A stretch of DNA of 64,000 nucleotides from Schmidtea polychroa (Eukaryota). The position numbers and the translations under genes were made by a program. The notes under the pieces are model-generated. The model was given only the letters and a program-made list of their open reading frames with translations, searched no databases and had not been told where the DNA came from. Positions 25,641-38,176 of the stretch are shown here, piece after piece; position 1 is the stretch's first letter; each line of letters opens with the position of its first letter. The stretch lies in NCBI GenBank assembly GCA_044892525.1, contig CM097887.1, positions 61,194,001-61,258,000 on the forward strand, given 5' to 3'.

Positions 25641-26163
25641 TTAAATCATTTTTTGAAACATCAAAAATATCTTCGGAACTAGGAATAATTTCCTTTTAAA
25701 TGTTAAATTACGGTCGTATTTATTGTGTTGAATTTTTCCTATTCACGGTATACCGTCTTTCAAAATGACACATAATAAAAAATGCACACAAACCTAATAT
25801 TGAGAAAAGATATTGAAATTTAGCATTAAGACGCAAAAATTGGTATATAAAGGTGAGTCTCAGATCACAATTAATCACTTTTATTAAATCAAAATTCTTA
25901 ACTGTTTTAGCGAAATAAACCTTCAATAACTTCAACTAGTTTTGACTTTCATACGTATCTGTTTCATTTCAATTTATTTTTGATCAAATGCATTTGGGTA
26001 ATTTTCATTTTTGATTGTATTTTATATACTTGTAGTGATTTTATTGTAGTGACTGTAATTTATATACATTAAAATTTCAAAATTAATTATGGTCGTTCTT
26101 TTTTAAATAGTTAAATTCAAGATTTTATAATCGTATTTGTTTTTATTTTTTTATTTATGAAAG

Positions 26164-26565
26164 ATGCAGGTCGACAAAAATCAGTATTCTTATGATTTCT
26201 ATATAAACAATCAGGAACCTTTTGATGTCAGCAAGTCAGGGAACGTTTTACGTATTCCCAATTCGATGACACGAGAAGGTTTCGATCATACAGTAGATGG
26301 TCGTGCCGAAGTCCTCTAAATACAGACCACTTGCGATCACTCTCTGATCTTTTTATTAAATTCACAGCGATTCAGTTATCACAAAAATCTTCATAACAGC
26401 TGAGATCGAATCTAGGTAGGGTAAATTAGAATTTATGGAACAGTACTTCAACATGGTGAAAATTCTGTATAGTGACTTCGTAGGGTTAGTAGAGTATATA
26501 CCATTATTTTTCGTAAAGATTGGAGTACTATCAACAGTCAAATTAGGCATGTTCCACCCTATTTA
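26164..26565 (+). pseudogene. Possible degenerate orphan coding island (cassette gene E)
   Basis: GC-enriched island with broken + strand frames (MQVDKNQYSYDFYINNQEPFDV...; FMEQYFNMVKILYSDFVGLVEYIPL). No recognisable domain. Confidence 0.25.
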
Positions 26566-26853
26566 TTATTACTATTATTATTAATAGTATGGTTATTATT
26601 TTCATCATTATTGTTGTCATTATTATATTTACTAGTATTATCATCGTCATTATTATTACTAATTTTTATAGCCTTACTATCCCTAGCATTACAATCTTGA
26701 TCATTATCATCAATTTTTGGCTACATTATTTACTTTTTTTTCTAGAATCCTCATTATTGTAAGCATCACCGCTCTTAGGATATCTATGAGTAGCACTATT
26801 GTTCGTATTGATATTTATATTAGGATTATTATCATCAGTACTGTTAGTAGTAC

Positions 26854-26894
<41 letters not shown>

Positions 26895-27790
26895 TTATTA
26901 GGATTATTTGTATTATCATTGTTGTTATTATCCTGCTTGTGATTATCCTTATTATTATTACTATCATTTCTATAATCACCGGTAGTATTATAACTATCAA
27001 AATAAGGATTATTACTACTATTAAATTCTATTAATATTATCATTATTATGAGTATTATTAATATAAGGATGGTTTTTGCTAGTATAATTCGCCTTAGTAT
27101 TATTATTATAAGACTATTATTATTATTAAAATTAGTGTTATTAATATTATCATCAGTGCTCGAAGTGGAACAAAATATGTGCCGGGATAGGCATGCTGTG
27201 GCACCCGGGATTCCAGGCTTTTATGCAGAAATTTTCAGTTGGGGGTGTTGCAAAACTTTGGGGGGTGTCCAACAAATTTTTTTTGGGGGGGGGTGTCCAC
27301 CCATTTAATCATAAGTTTCAGGGGGTGTACCTGTTTTAATGTGGGGGGGTGTCAAACAATTTTGGGGGGTGGGTAAATCCCTGCGGGATTCTCATTTTTA
27401 ACCAAGCAAAATGACAGAGATTTTTTGCATGTGTAAATTTGTCTGATAAATAATCGGAAATTTTGTTTCAAATATAAAGCGTCAACGTCTTACTCTGATA
27501 GTCCTTTTGGTAATAGCCCATTTTCTCACATTACCCCAAAAAAACTGCAAATTCACTTAACTTATAAAATGATTAGGCTATAAAATGAAATAAGTACCGG
27601 GATAAACCTATAGATTATATGAAATGAAGTGCCGGGATGCAATTCCGCCTACATAATCAATGCCGGGATAATATCCCGGCTATCCCGCCTCACTTCGAGC
27701 ACTGATTATCATCATCCTCACCCGCCATACTAGTATTTTTTTATTATTATCCTTCAAATTATCATAATGAGTATAATTTATTGGGTATGA
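26565..27790. repeat. Degenerate (ATT/ATC/GTT)n low-complexity tract interrupted by a MITE; a similar tract lies at 19100-19460
   Basis: Trinucleotide-periodic, T-rich on the + strand; the source of the poly-Ile and poly-Asn ORFs in the track. Confidence 0.85.
27154..27704. mobile_element. hAT-type MITE with perfect 8-bp TSD
   Basis: TIR CAGTGCTCGAAGTG / CACTTCGAGCACTG. TSD ATTATCAT at 27146-27153 and 27705-27712. Internal GCCGGGATA and GGGGGGTGT repeats. Confidence 0.93.
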
Positions 27791-28276
27791 GTACCATTTT
27801 CATGATAATTAGGACTAAATAGAGTCGTCACTCCCTTGTGACCAGTATTAGTTTTTCTTCCATAATTTGTATGAGGTATTTTCAGCTGGGAATTAAATAT
27901 TTCAATTATTTATTAAGATAATATTAAATGATAAATAATGAACATTTAAAATAAGTTTTAAAATAAGTTTTAAATTAAAAAGAGATTTTGTTAAAGATAA
28001 ATTTTATATAAATACATTTTAATAGTAAATAATTTTTAAATAAATACATTCGTTTAAAAATTATACAATATTTCATTAAATAAATACTTGTTATTATGAC
28101 GTTATCTTTTGAACCTGATTTAAAAAATAATTTAGATGATGTTCTAGCAGCTTCTAATAATCTATATTACTATTTTCCTTAATGTAGTAGACTGAAAACT
28201 TTGATTAATCTAAATTTCTCTTTGAGATGTTATACGGTCTTTGACCTGCTATGAATTTATATCCTTTTCATTTTAG

Positions 28277-28797
28277 TAATTAAATACAAATCGACAAAGA
28301 ACGTTTTGAGACCATCTTTTTCCTGCGCAAATAAGAACGCGCAAAACGCCGTGCTTCGGGAGGAAAATATACTCTTGCGCACCAAGATTGATAGGCTTGA
28401 GGGGACATGGTTTACCCCAGGCCAGGTGAAGGAAGCAAACCAGAAGGTGTTCCAACTAGAAAATTGTCGGGACAACCTTATTGAGGAAAGTCACACAAAA
28501 TATGCCTCGATACAGGAGTAAATGCAGGCTATGTATCAAGTCTACACCCAAAACGAACTCTAGGCACAGATCCAGAACCTTTCATCTGTGTTCCAAGCAA
28601 ACCCCATACCTGCCCACCATCTGGCATATGACACAGTGGCTGCCAGATCTTCGGCCAAGTGAGGGGTTCTCAATGTTGGTTTTGAGTCCTTCAGCACTAA
28701 TAGCCCCATTGTCGAAGACCTTCGCAAAATCGATTGTGGTGAGTTTATGTGCCACCAATCCTCCAATCAATATGACGCCACCATGACCGAAGCGTAA
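28277..28797 (+). pseudogene. Orphan coiled-coil protein gene (cassette gene H), paralog of gene D, 3 internal stops
   Basis: After acceptor CCTTTTCATTTTAG (28276), a single frame reads ...NAVLREENILLRTKIDRLEGTWFTPGQVKEANQKVFQLE...SIQE*MQ...NEL*AQIQ...SSAK*GVL...TMTEA*. GC-rich. Confidence 0.6.
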
Positions 28798-31053
28798 ACA
28801 AATATCTAGATCTGAAAGAAACTTCAGGAAGCGGGCATAGCAGGCCGCCGCACAGTTTCCTGGTTAATTAGGTCAACTTACCCGAAATCAACATGCATAC
28901 TTTTTGCATGGATTTTTCATGGACGCTAGGAGCAAACAATCTGATTAGCTTTGAACATTTACCATTAATAGATTTTTGATTATTGATTTCGATTTTTTTA
29001 TTTATTAAATTAACAATATTCAAACAAATTAACAACTAATAATCGTAATCAAACTGTATCAAACTGAAAGATATTTTAATAACATTTTGAAAAACATTTT
29101 TTTAATCATATAAAAATTATTTTAATTTTAAAAATGCACAAATTGTTAACATTCTCAAACAAAAATCTTTTTTAAAATTAATATAAAAAATAAATTTAAA
29201 TTTAAGAATTAAAAATTGTTTAATACAAAAAATTTAACAAACAACAACATCATCCCAAATATTAAAGATACAGGTTAAATTATTTAAATACATTCAAAAT
29301 CACTATAGACTGACCACTTTGAATTAATATTCAACAAAACAAAACTGTTTTAAAAATGTTCAATATTTGTTTGGAAATTGCAAAACAAACATACAATATT
29401 AAAAACTAAGATAAATGAAATACATTAAATTTGGTCATTTGAAAAACTTTTAACTAATTTAATTAACTGGGGTCACGAAAATTTTTTTGTAAATTTTTTG
29501 GGCACAAAAAATAGTTTTGGAAACGCTGATTTAAGTTATTCTAAATATAATAATATTTTGGATTTAATACAGAAATATGAATTAAAATTATTTAAATATG
29601 AATAATAATGTGGTAATTTCTAAATCCTTGAGAAGACTAATTAGCCAACTTCGAGTCATCCGATGGAGCTAAAACTTGACAAACAGATAATGCATTTTAT
29701 TAAATGAGTCTCATTTGTAGAATCCCATTGACTATTTTACGGAACCCATTTTGAAGACCAATGATCTAGTTAAAGTAAGAATATTGAGAGTTTATGATAT
29801 GTCTACGGAATAGCTTATGTTGGAATTTGAAAAATGATACAAGAGTGGTTTTATTTTCAAGAAAAATGTTTTTTTTTGATATATTGCCACATTTAAGGCA
29901 TTCTTTGTTTATATCTATGGCTAATTGGGCAAGTACATCTTTCTCTTCACTTTCACTTTCACAGCCTTTGGTGGATTCTAATATTCTAATTATTATTTTC
30001 CAGCATTTGTAAAAGTTGAATTAAATAAATACTAAAATAAATAAATACTAATAAATAAATACTANNNNNNNNNNNNNNNNNNNNNNNNNNNNNNNNNNNN
30101 NNNNNNNNNNNNNNNNNNNNNNNNNNNNNNNNNNNNNNNNNNNNNNNNNNNNNNNNNNNNNNNNNNNNNNNNNNNNNNNNNNNNNNNNNNNNNNNNNNNN
30201 NNNNNNNNNNNNNNNNNNNNNNNNNNNNNNNNNNNNNNNNACATAACTACAAACAAGTTTGATGACAATGTAATTAAATGATCTATTCTCTATAATGACA
30301 ATGCAAATATATACAGAATACAAAAGATAAAAACATTCTCCACAACTTGTACCAGTAATTATCAGCAGGACTCGAAAGAAAATTTTATCAACTTTGAACA
30401 AGTTAGATTGCGGAAGTCAGCATCAAAAAACAATAAGTAAAGAAACAAATCATAATATCTTCATTGTCCTAAACGTCAAAGATATTGAGCTATGTATAGA
30501 GTAATTTTATCAATGATTAAGATGCCAGATAGCTGAGTGGATTGTGACATTTTGAGTAGTTGACAAAGTCAGTTGGTTGACTCCTCCATTAAATGAATAA
30601 GGTTTAACTGCGTGACCAACGATCTTTTTTCCATCTAACCAACTATTGTTTCACTGAGATTTCAGGCCGTACACGTGCACAATATCACCATAAATGCATC
30701 GTTGTTTCTAGTACATTTCAATCATCTATTTCGGAAATCCGCCGTTAATTCTCCACACAATAATTGATGCCATTGTTCTATCTAACTAACCTCTCTGTTC
30801 GTATTTCCGCTTTGATATTCTTACAAAATAACACATGAAACTAATTCACAATCAATTTACGAAAATAAAGAAGCATCTTCAGTTTAAATTGATAAGTATG
30901 TTAATTTAATTATTATTTATATTTCAATTTGTCAAATTAATGAGACTGCTACTTAAATTTTCAAGAAATTACATTTCCATGTTATAAAATGTAAATCAAA
31001 ATTGGAATGTAGTTTTTAAATTTTTAATAAATTTTGTTGTCTATTATCTTTAA

Positions 31054-31084
<31 letters not shown>

Positions 31085-31301
31085 AATTATTATAAATATT
31101 GTAATATACAATGTTTTGCTTATTTAATCTAAACTGGTTAAAAGGGATTTTATATTGAAATTATGTCGTAATATTAAATATTTGTTGAAATGGATGAAGA
31201 GTAAACTTGGGTTGAGGTTTACAGAATCTTAATTTAATTATCTCATATAAATAATAAAAATAACACTGGTTTAAAAAACTTTATTAAATATATTATAAAT
31301 A

Positions 31302-31501
31302 ACATTGTATTTATTAAAAAGCTTGACTATGAATCAATAAATATATCGATGTTTTTTTGATATTCACGAATTTTTGGCACTGCCTTTTCCCAGTGATTTT
31401 GATCAAATTCACTTGAAAAAGACAGTGCCGAAAATTCGTGAGTATCAAAAAAACATCGATATATTTACTGATTCAGTCAAGTTTTTTAATAAATACAATG
31501 T
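31302..31501. repeat. ~200-bp near-perfect palindrome (foldback/MITE-like)
   Basis: ACATTGTATTTATTAAAAA.CTTGACT...CACGAATTTT.GGCACTG.CTTTT..CAGTGA is mirrored around GATC (~31402) with almost no spacer. Confidence 0.9.
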
Positions 31502-32215
31502 CAATTGAAAAGAAATCAGTGGTTTGAATATAATATTATAAATAACATATTATTACCTTTGTGTATGCGTATTTCTGGTCAAAGCAGCTGCGTGAGCTAG
31601 ATATATATTTATGTGCTCTGTTTTTATTATATAAATACCAAATAATTCTATTGCTGTACAATGTATAGCCATTTCGAGTTATTAAAACAAAAAATAATTT
31701 ATAAATCGTTTTGATTGACATAAATTTAATTAAAATGTTATTGAAAATTATTATAAATAAAAATTCACTTTAACCTAAACATCAAAGTGGCAAGGGTATT
31801 TCTATAAAACTTAATTCCAATGTAAGCTGCAAATAAACTCATTAATTTTTTAAGAACGCAATGACTTTTGTCAGTCACACTTAGCAGGCATCACTCTCAT
31901 TAATGTATGTATTAATGTACATAACTCCACCAAAAAAAGTGTTTTTTCGTTTTTGCTATTTTTGTGAACAGCATTTTAAAGGATTTAGAAGCTCACCTAA
32001 GTGTTAGCTTTGATATATTTTCTATTCCTCGGTCGAAATTGGTTGATAGAACATAAGTTTTGTTAGTATCATAGGAATTATAATCACTAAACCTTGCATC
32101 ATTGAACAATATATTACTATTGTTCCTTAAATAACTTGTTAATGTATCATATATACATGATATTATAGTACCTCACACATTAAAAAACCTTTTAATTCGG
32201 TGGGTGTTTTACTTA

Positions 32216-32450
32216 CCGTATTAACCCGAATATAACGCGACAATTTTAACATTTTATTTTTATTAAATTTTGGTTTAAATTAATTAAATTTATTGTCATG
32301 AATATAACATATGTATTACTTTTAATTACCTAACCAAACGCTTATCTGATTGAATTTCCCTTAATTTTAATTATTTTATGAGCATTTTTTTCTTAATTCG
32401 GGGTCGCGTTATATTCGGACTATTTACCTTTTTTACCTTTTTTTTTACGG
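32216..32450. mobile_element. Tc1/mariner (pogo-like) MITE
   Basis: TA|CCGTATTAACCCGAATATAACGCGAC ... GTCGCGTTATATTCGG..TATTTAC...ACGG|TA. The right TIR is disrupted by a local duplication. Confidence 0.75.
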
Positions 32451-35402
32451 TATTTACCTTTTTTTACTTAATTACTTAATCATAGTTTATTGAAAAAAAC
32501 GTTCACACCACCTGTAATTGTAAAGTTTCAACCGCAATTAAGTGTGTGCTCACTTGAGGTCACAAAAGATTTTCAAAAGAAATAGAAAGGTAAGGCAGAT
32601 TTTATTGACAAAAAGTCTGAAAATATTAAAAATATATTATTTCAAATATCTACATTTAAATATATTTATATTTTGTTGCAAAATTTAGGTGAAATTAAAT
32701 ATTACAAGATCCAAAATGAAACATTTATAAGAAACATTTATACAACTTCAAAAAAGTCTCTAGGAATCATTTTGTGATAAATAATAATGACGAATTAGAA
32801 GCATTTCATTTTAAAAAATATTGCCCAACCGTTAAATTTGTTTTACAGAAGTCTTTTTAGAAAAGTACACGCGAATCGAATCGAAAAGAATTCAAAAAGG
32901 ACCGGTCCAAAGTTCATATTTAGAGTTTATTGTGTGTCAGCTTTTAAACTTTCTGTTGAAAATAAATCAACAAATCGAAGGCGTTTTTAATTTATAGAAA
33001 AGTAGTTAGTTTATTTGGAAAAATATTTGTAAAAATAAATGAAACTATTACAGAAACTAAACAAATCTCACCTATCCAAATATCATTTAGGATTTATTTT
33101 CAACGAAAAATAGATGAAAGACAGATAAATCTCAATAAAATAAAAGTCTCTTTATCAATTTTTTCAATTGTTTTTCAATAAAAGGATTTGATTAAGATAA
33201 TCAAATTCTTATTGTAAAATGCAATATTTGTAAATCTTGATTTCCAGTCTTTATCATGTCTAGCGTGTTGATAAAAAAAGTTTCAACTTCTATCACAAAT
33301 TTTAATATCTACTTAANNNNNNNNNNNNNNNNNNNNNNNNNNNNNNNNNNNNNNNNNNNNNNNNNNNNNNNNNNNNNNNNNNNNNNNNNNNNNNNNNNNN
33401 NNNNNNNNNNNNNNNNNNNNNNNNNNNNNNNNNNNNNNNNNNNNNNNNNNNNNNNNNNNNNNNNNNNNNNNNNNNNNNNNNNNNNAGCAGCATTTATTAT
33501 TTAAAACAATAAAATGATAATTTAAGCCTTTTGCTGCAAATAATGTATTTAATGAAAGAATTTTCGACTNNNNNNNNNNNNNNNNNNNNNNNNNNNNNNN
33601 NNNNNNNNNNNNNNNNNNNNNNNNNNNNNNNNNNNNNNNNNNNNNNNNNNNNNNNNNNNNNNNNNNNNNNNNNNNNNNNNNNNNNNNNNNNNNNNNNNNN
33701 NNNNNNNNNNNNNNNNNNNNNNNNNNNNNNNNNNTGATAACGCAATAACCGCATAAATTGAGTTACAAATTATTTAATTCAACATTTACAATTTGAGGTG
33801 TCATATCCTTATGGAGATTCTCTGTAGAATCAGTAGATTTTTATTAACAATTTGATTTTCAAATTGAATTAGATTGAGCAAACAGTTTTGTTTTAATGTT
33901 GAACCAGTTATGATTACTTGAGCCGTAGGCAAGTCCAATGTACACCAGCGTTTATTGTTGTCAACATATATATTTCATTGTAAAATCGAGTTGAAATAGA
34001 ATTGGGCTCATTTGTTTTCTGTAGGGATAATTAAATAACTGGGTGGTCATTAGTGGGTGCTTTCGGCGAAATCTTGATTAGAATACCGATGATTATTTTT
34101 GTTTTATAATTTTCTTATTGTTTGTCTCATCGCAGATTTATCGGCTAATGTCTATTGAAAAATTTTTAAATATTTTTCCTGTCGTCTACATTCTTTCGTC
34201 TAGTTCTTTTCAATAATTCTTTCAAATAGAAATAATCAGTTAATTTCTTTAATTAAATTTTATTAAAAAATCTACGACAGAATTGTGCAACTTTTCTATT
34301 TTTGAAATCCACATTAAAAATTGATTTTCACAAGTATTTTTAAAATGAAATTATAAAAAGTTTTGAAATTATATCATATAAGACAACATTGTAATATTAT
34401 GTCGCTCAGAGAAAGTTCAGTTTTACAAGTTCCTTTAGATTTACACCTGTAATCTGGAAGCTTACTGCGTTTCCCAATATTAAAAAAACGTAAAGATAAT
34501 ATAAGTACATTTTTCAATAGAGATCTAGTATATAAATGAATTAATAGTATTATGAAAAAGAAAATATATTTAGAAATCGAAAAACGCTTTAAAGGTTAAA
34601 TTTTCCCATTTAAAATTAGTTCCTAACTTGTTTAATATAAGAAAATGCAAAAAAAAAGAAAATTAGCAAACGTGAATTTTCAAAAATATCAGAATATATT
34701 ATATATTCCTTCTTTTATATTATAAAGCAAGAACTTAATGCTATTTTCTAATAACTTTCACTTCCATTTGTTATTTTTTTGATACATGTTACAAATCAAG
34801 AAGCTGAAAAGCTGATTTTTAGGATTTTATTTTAGTTTTCAGAATCATTTTTTACTATCGTCTAAAATAATATAAAGTCTCACACCTTTTACAAATTTCA
34901 AATAGAATTGCAATAATTGTGCTAAATAATCATCCTTTTTTACATTAATGTATTTATTGCCTTGCTATACAAATTAATGTTTTTATGCGTGTAAAATTGT
35001 TGACACCGATTTAAAATTTTTAGATCAGAATGCTTGTTTAAATTATAGTGAATTAGGAATTCAGTAAATTATTTTGGATTTGTAATAAATTTTAACTATT
35101 ATTGTGCTAAAATTGGAGATTTTAAAATTTGTTTTAATGTGTCAATTAAAAGTTATACATACATGCATATACACCAAATTAATTTAAAATCTACGATAAC
35201 ATGTTAATTAAAACAAGTTAAAACAAAGATATATTTTGAGAAATAATACAACACAATTAAATAAAATGAGAAATCGTAGGTTGTAAGTAAATACATGAAA
35301 AATAATAAAATTAATAAAAATATCACAGTTCAGTAAAGTTAGGCATTTTGACTTAAAAATTCATTATACAAAAATTAACGAAAATAATTAAGTTTATATT
35401 AA

Positions 35403-35564
35403 CCGTTTGCGGACGGAATTAATTTTAATAAGTAGTATTTTAATATATTATTTTTTAGCATAAAATCTTTAAGTATACAAATGCCCGATATCGTTAATTA
35501 TACATTGTAAAACGTCTGGAACAAAATTCGTGGCCAGCAGTGCTGGCCTACCGTTCGCAAACGG
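35403..35564. mobile_element. piggyBac-type MITE
   Basis: TTAA|CCGTTTGCGGACGG ... CCGTTCGCAAACGG|TTGA, with internal palindrome GGCCAGCAGTGCTGGCC. Confidence 0.75.
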
Positions 35565-35799
35565 TTGACACGCAAAAAACCATTATTTGAAAGGAATAAA
35601 ATTAATTTATGCTTAAAATGACACGCAAAAGAGCAATAATTAATGCCGTCATTTTTGATGTAACATTAAAATGCATACGAAAATACTATAATAAATAAAT
35701 ATTTTAAACCATTTCAACACAATCTAGAATTGAAAACTCTTTCCAAACGTTGCTAGTTTTAATTGTATTTGTAGAAGTGTCTATTTTATCTAGAATTAA

Positions 35800-37036
35800 T
35801 TGAAATGATTTACGAATGTAAATTGATTTAAAATTTCCTATGATTCCTTGATCCAAAGATTGTAATTGCGAAGTTGTATTGGGTGGTAAAGTGGATATTT
35901 CAACATTTGGATAACTTAAATCTCAGAAATTGGAAGGTGCATTATCCAAAATCAGTAAAAATTTGAATGCTAAGTTCTTATTGTTCAGTTAGTTTTCTAC
36001 TTCCGGAATAAAACATTGTTGGAACCAATCCATGCTTTTTTGTTGGCCCACCAATGCACAGGAAGTCCGGTTTTGTTAAAACCTTTCATCGATCGTGAAT
36101 TTAGTGAACGATTAATAAATAATGGCTTAGTCATCAAATCTCCAGATGCATCACTCCAAAAAATTAAGTTATGCGATCTTTAGCATTCTTAAAACCAGGT
36201 GCTATTTTTTCATTTTTTGAAATAAACGTCCTAAAGGGAATTTATTTTTACCATAAACCGGTTTCATCAGACAAATAGCCCTTTTCTTGAATCTATTTCT
36301 GGAGTTCTTCCGGATACGTTTTAGCTGCATCTTTTTCTCTATGCATCATCGGTGAATTCTTCATTTTCTTCATTTTGTTCTACCCACGCTATTACAGCAT
36401 GTTCCATTTTTCCATTACACTTGCTGTCGGACGAGCCATAATTTTATTAAGTACAGATGATCCGGACGCTACAGAATTTCTGATCTTTTCTTCTGCATTT
36501 TTGATGGATCTTTCGTCTTGAGTCGTTTAAATTAAAATATCTGACGACATCTGCTGTCTTTTCTTGATTGTTTAGTTTATCCAAAATTTGTATTTTTGGT
36601 TTAGAGTGAGATAAACTTTCGTTTCTTAATATTCAACATTTTGAAGGCTACAGTAAATGTTTCAATTAATTTAGATTTCAAAAAATTGAATTTACTTACT
36701 GCCCTGCATAATAGAAAAGTTAATTTAATGATTTTATATAATGTGATATCAAAATTATACCAAAAATTACATATGGACGTATAGTTATTATATTACCTAT
36801 TTAATAATTTAATCTTACAGATATTCACTGTAAAATTAAAATAATTTTTGTGATCTGTTTTGTTCTATGATTGGAAACAAACTAAAATGTACATCACAAA
36901 CGATCGAGAACGATAACGTCTCGTGAAAAATAAATTTGTTTGCTGAATTGGGGATTCCTGTTACGATGTATAAAAATCGCGTTGTAAGAAAAAGAAATCC
37001 TGTTACAAGAGTGACGCGTTATAGGAGGATTTACTA
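35800..37036 (-). mobile_element. Tigger/pogo transposon remnant with DDE_1-type transposase pseudogene
   Basis: Minus strand across frameshifts: DETGLW...P.RTFISKNEKIAPGFKNAKDRIT...KPLF....R..KG...LPVHW.ANKKAW...FKFLLILDNAPS...LPPNTTSQLQSLDQGI. N-terminal MEKMEHAVIAWV. Terminal TAGTAAATCCTCCTATAACGCG at ~37013-37036. Confidence 0.85.
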
Positions 37037-37938
37037 TATATTTATATATTTAAAATATATTTAAGCTGGTTAATTTAACGAAACAGAGTGTAATTTAAGC
37101 AATTTTAAATTATTCCGTTAGAATTAGTAATATTTATTTGACTCAATTTAATTTACCGATTATTTAATTATTCTTAATTATTTTTAATTTTAATGCAAAT
37201 TTTATTTTTATAAATTACAAAAGTCCCATGAGACATTAAGCCCAAAGTTCTTTACCTCTGACTTAGACCAATCAATTCAGAAGAGTATTTAAATTTTAAA
37301 GGATATAAGATTGTTATAAGAACGTTATAAAATTAAGAAATTTAATATATTATATTAAGAAAATTTTAAAATTAAAAAATTAAATTAAAAATATGTAAAA
37401 GGACATAATTTTTAATGTCTCACAATTTTGGAAATCTTTTGGAAATGTTACAGAAGAACTTATTCGAATAATTTGAAGATATTCTTGGAATAAAAATTTA
37501 GATGGTGATTTAATCCTTTCAATCCTGTAAGGACATGTTGTCCCATAGAAGTTTTGATGTATACTAAAATGTATTAAATGATTATAAATGTTCTGGGATC
37601 TAGGATTTCTGTACTGCACGATCATATATTTGTATACAAGTTTATTCTTGGATAATATTTTGATGATAAATAAAATTACCATGAATTTAAAATAAATCGT
37701 ATTGAAGGGCTGAAACTGCTTTTAAGGAAATGAGTTAAAAGTTAACAAGAAAAATGGGTATCATTATTTTTGGTTGCAAATTTCTGTCAAGGATTTGGGG
37801 TTGTTCTACAAAGTTCCTAATAATGTTTGTGCCGTTGTATTTATCTGCAACCAAAATTAACTCCACATTTTGAATGCTTTTAAATTTTAGTGTCGAAATA
37901 CTTTTTTTACTTATTTATTCTTAACTTTTTATATTTAA

Positions 37939-38176
37939 CCCTTTCCAGCCCAAATTTTTTCAAAACAAAAAAAATATATGCAGTAAGTAGGTACCAAAAC
38001 TATTTATTTTATCATAAAAATATTTTACTTCATTTTTTTTGTTGCCCCTGTGCCAACTGTTAAAAACATATCTTACTATAGTTCTCACTAGTTACTGCCA
38101 ACCGTTTTGGTAGTAGAGAGAAAAAAACTGAGTTTTTAACTAATGATTCCATTTGAAATCACTGGGCTGGAAAGGG
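37939..38176. mobile_element. piggyBac-type MITE
   Basis: TTAA|CCCTTTCCAGCCC ... GGGCTGGAAAGGG|TTAA. Confidence 0.9.

Noticed and set aside
26717-27308. Poly-Ile / poly-Asn ORFs as proteins
   Set aside because: They arise from trinucleotide low-complexity sequence and run into a MITE.
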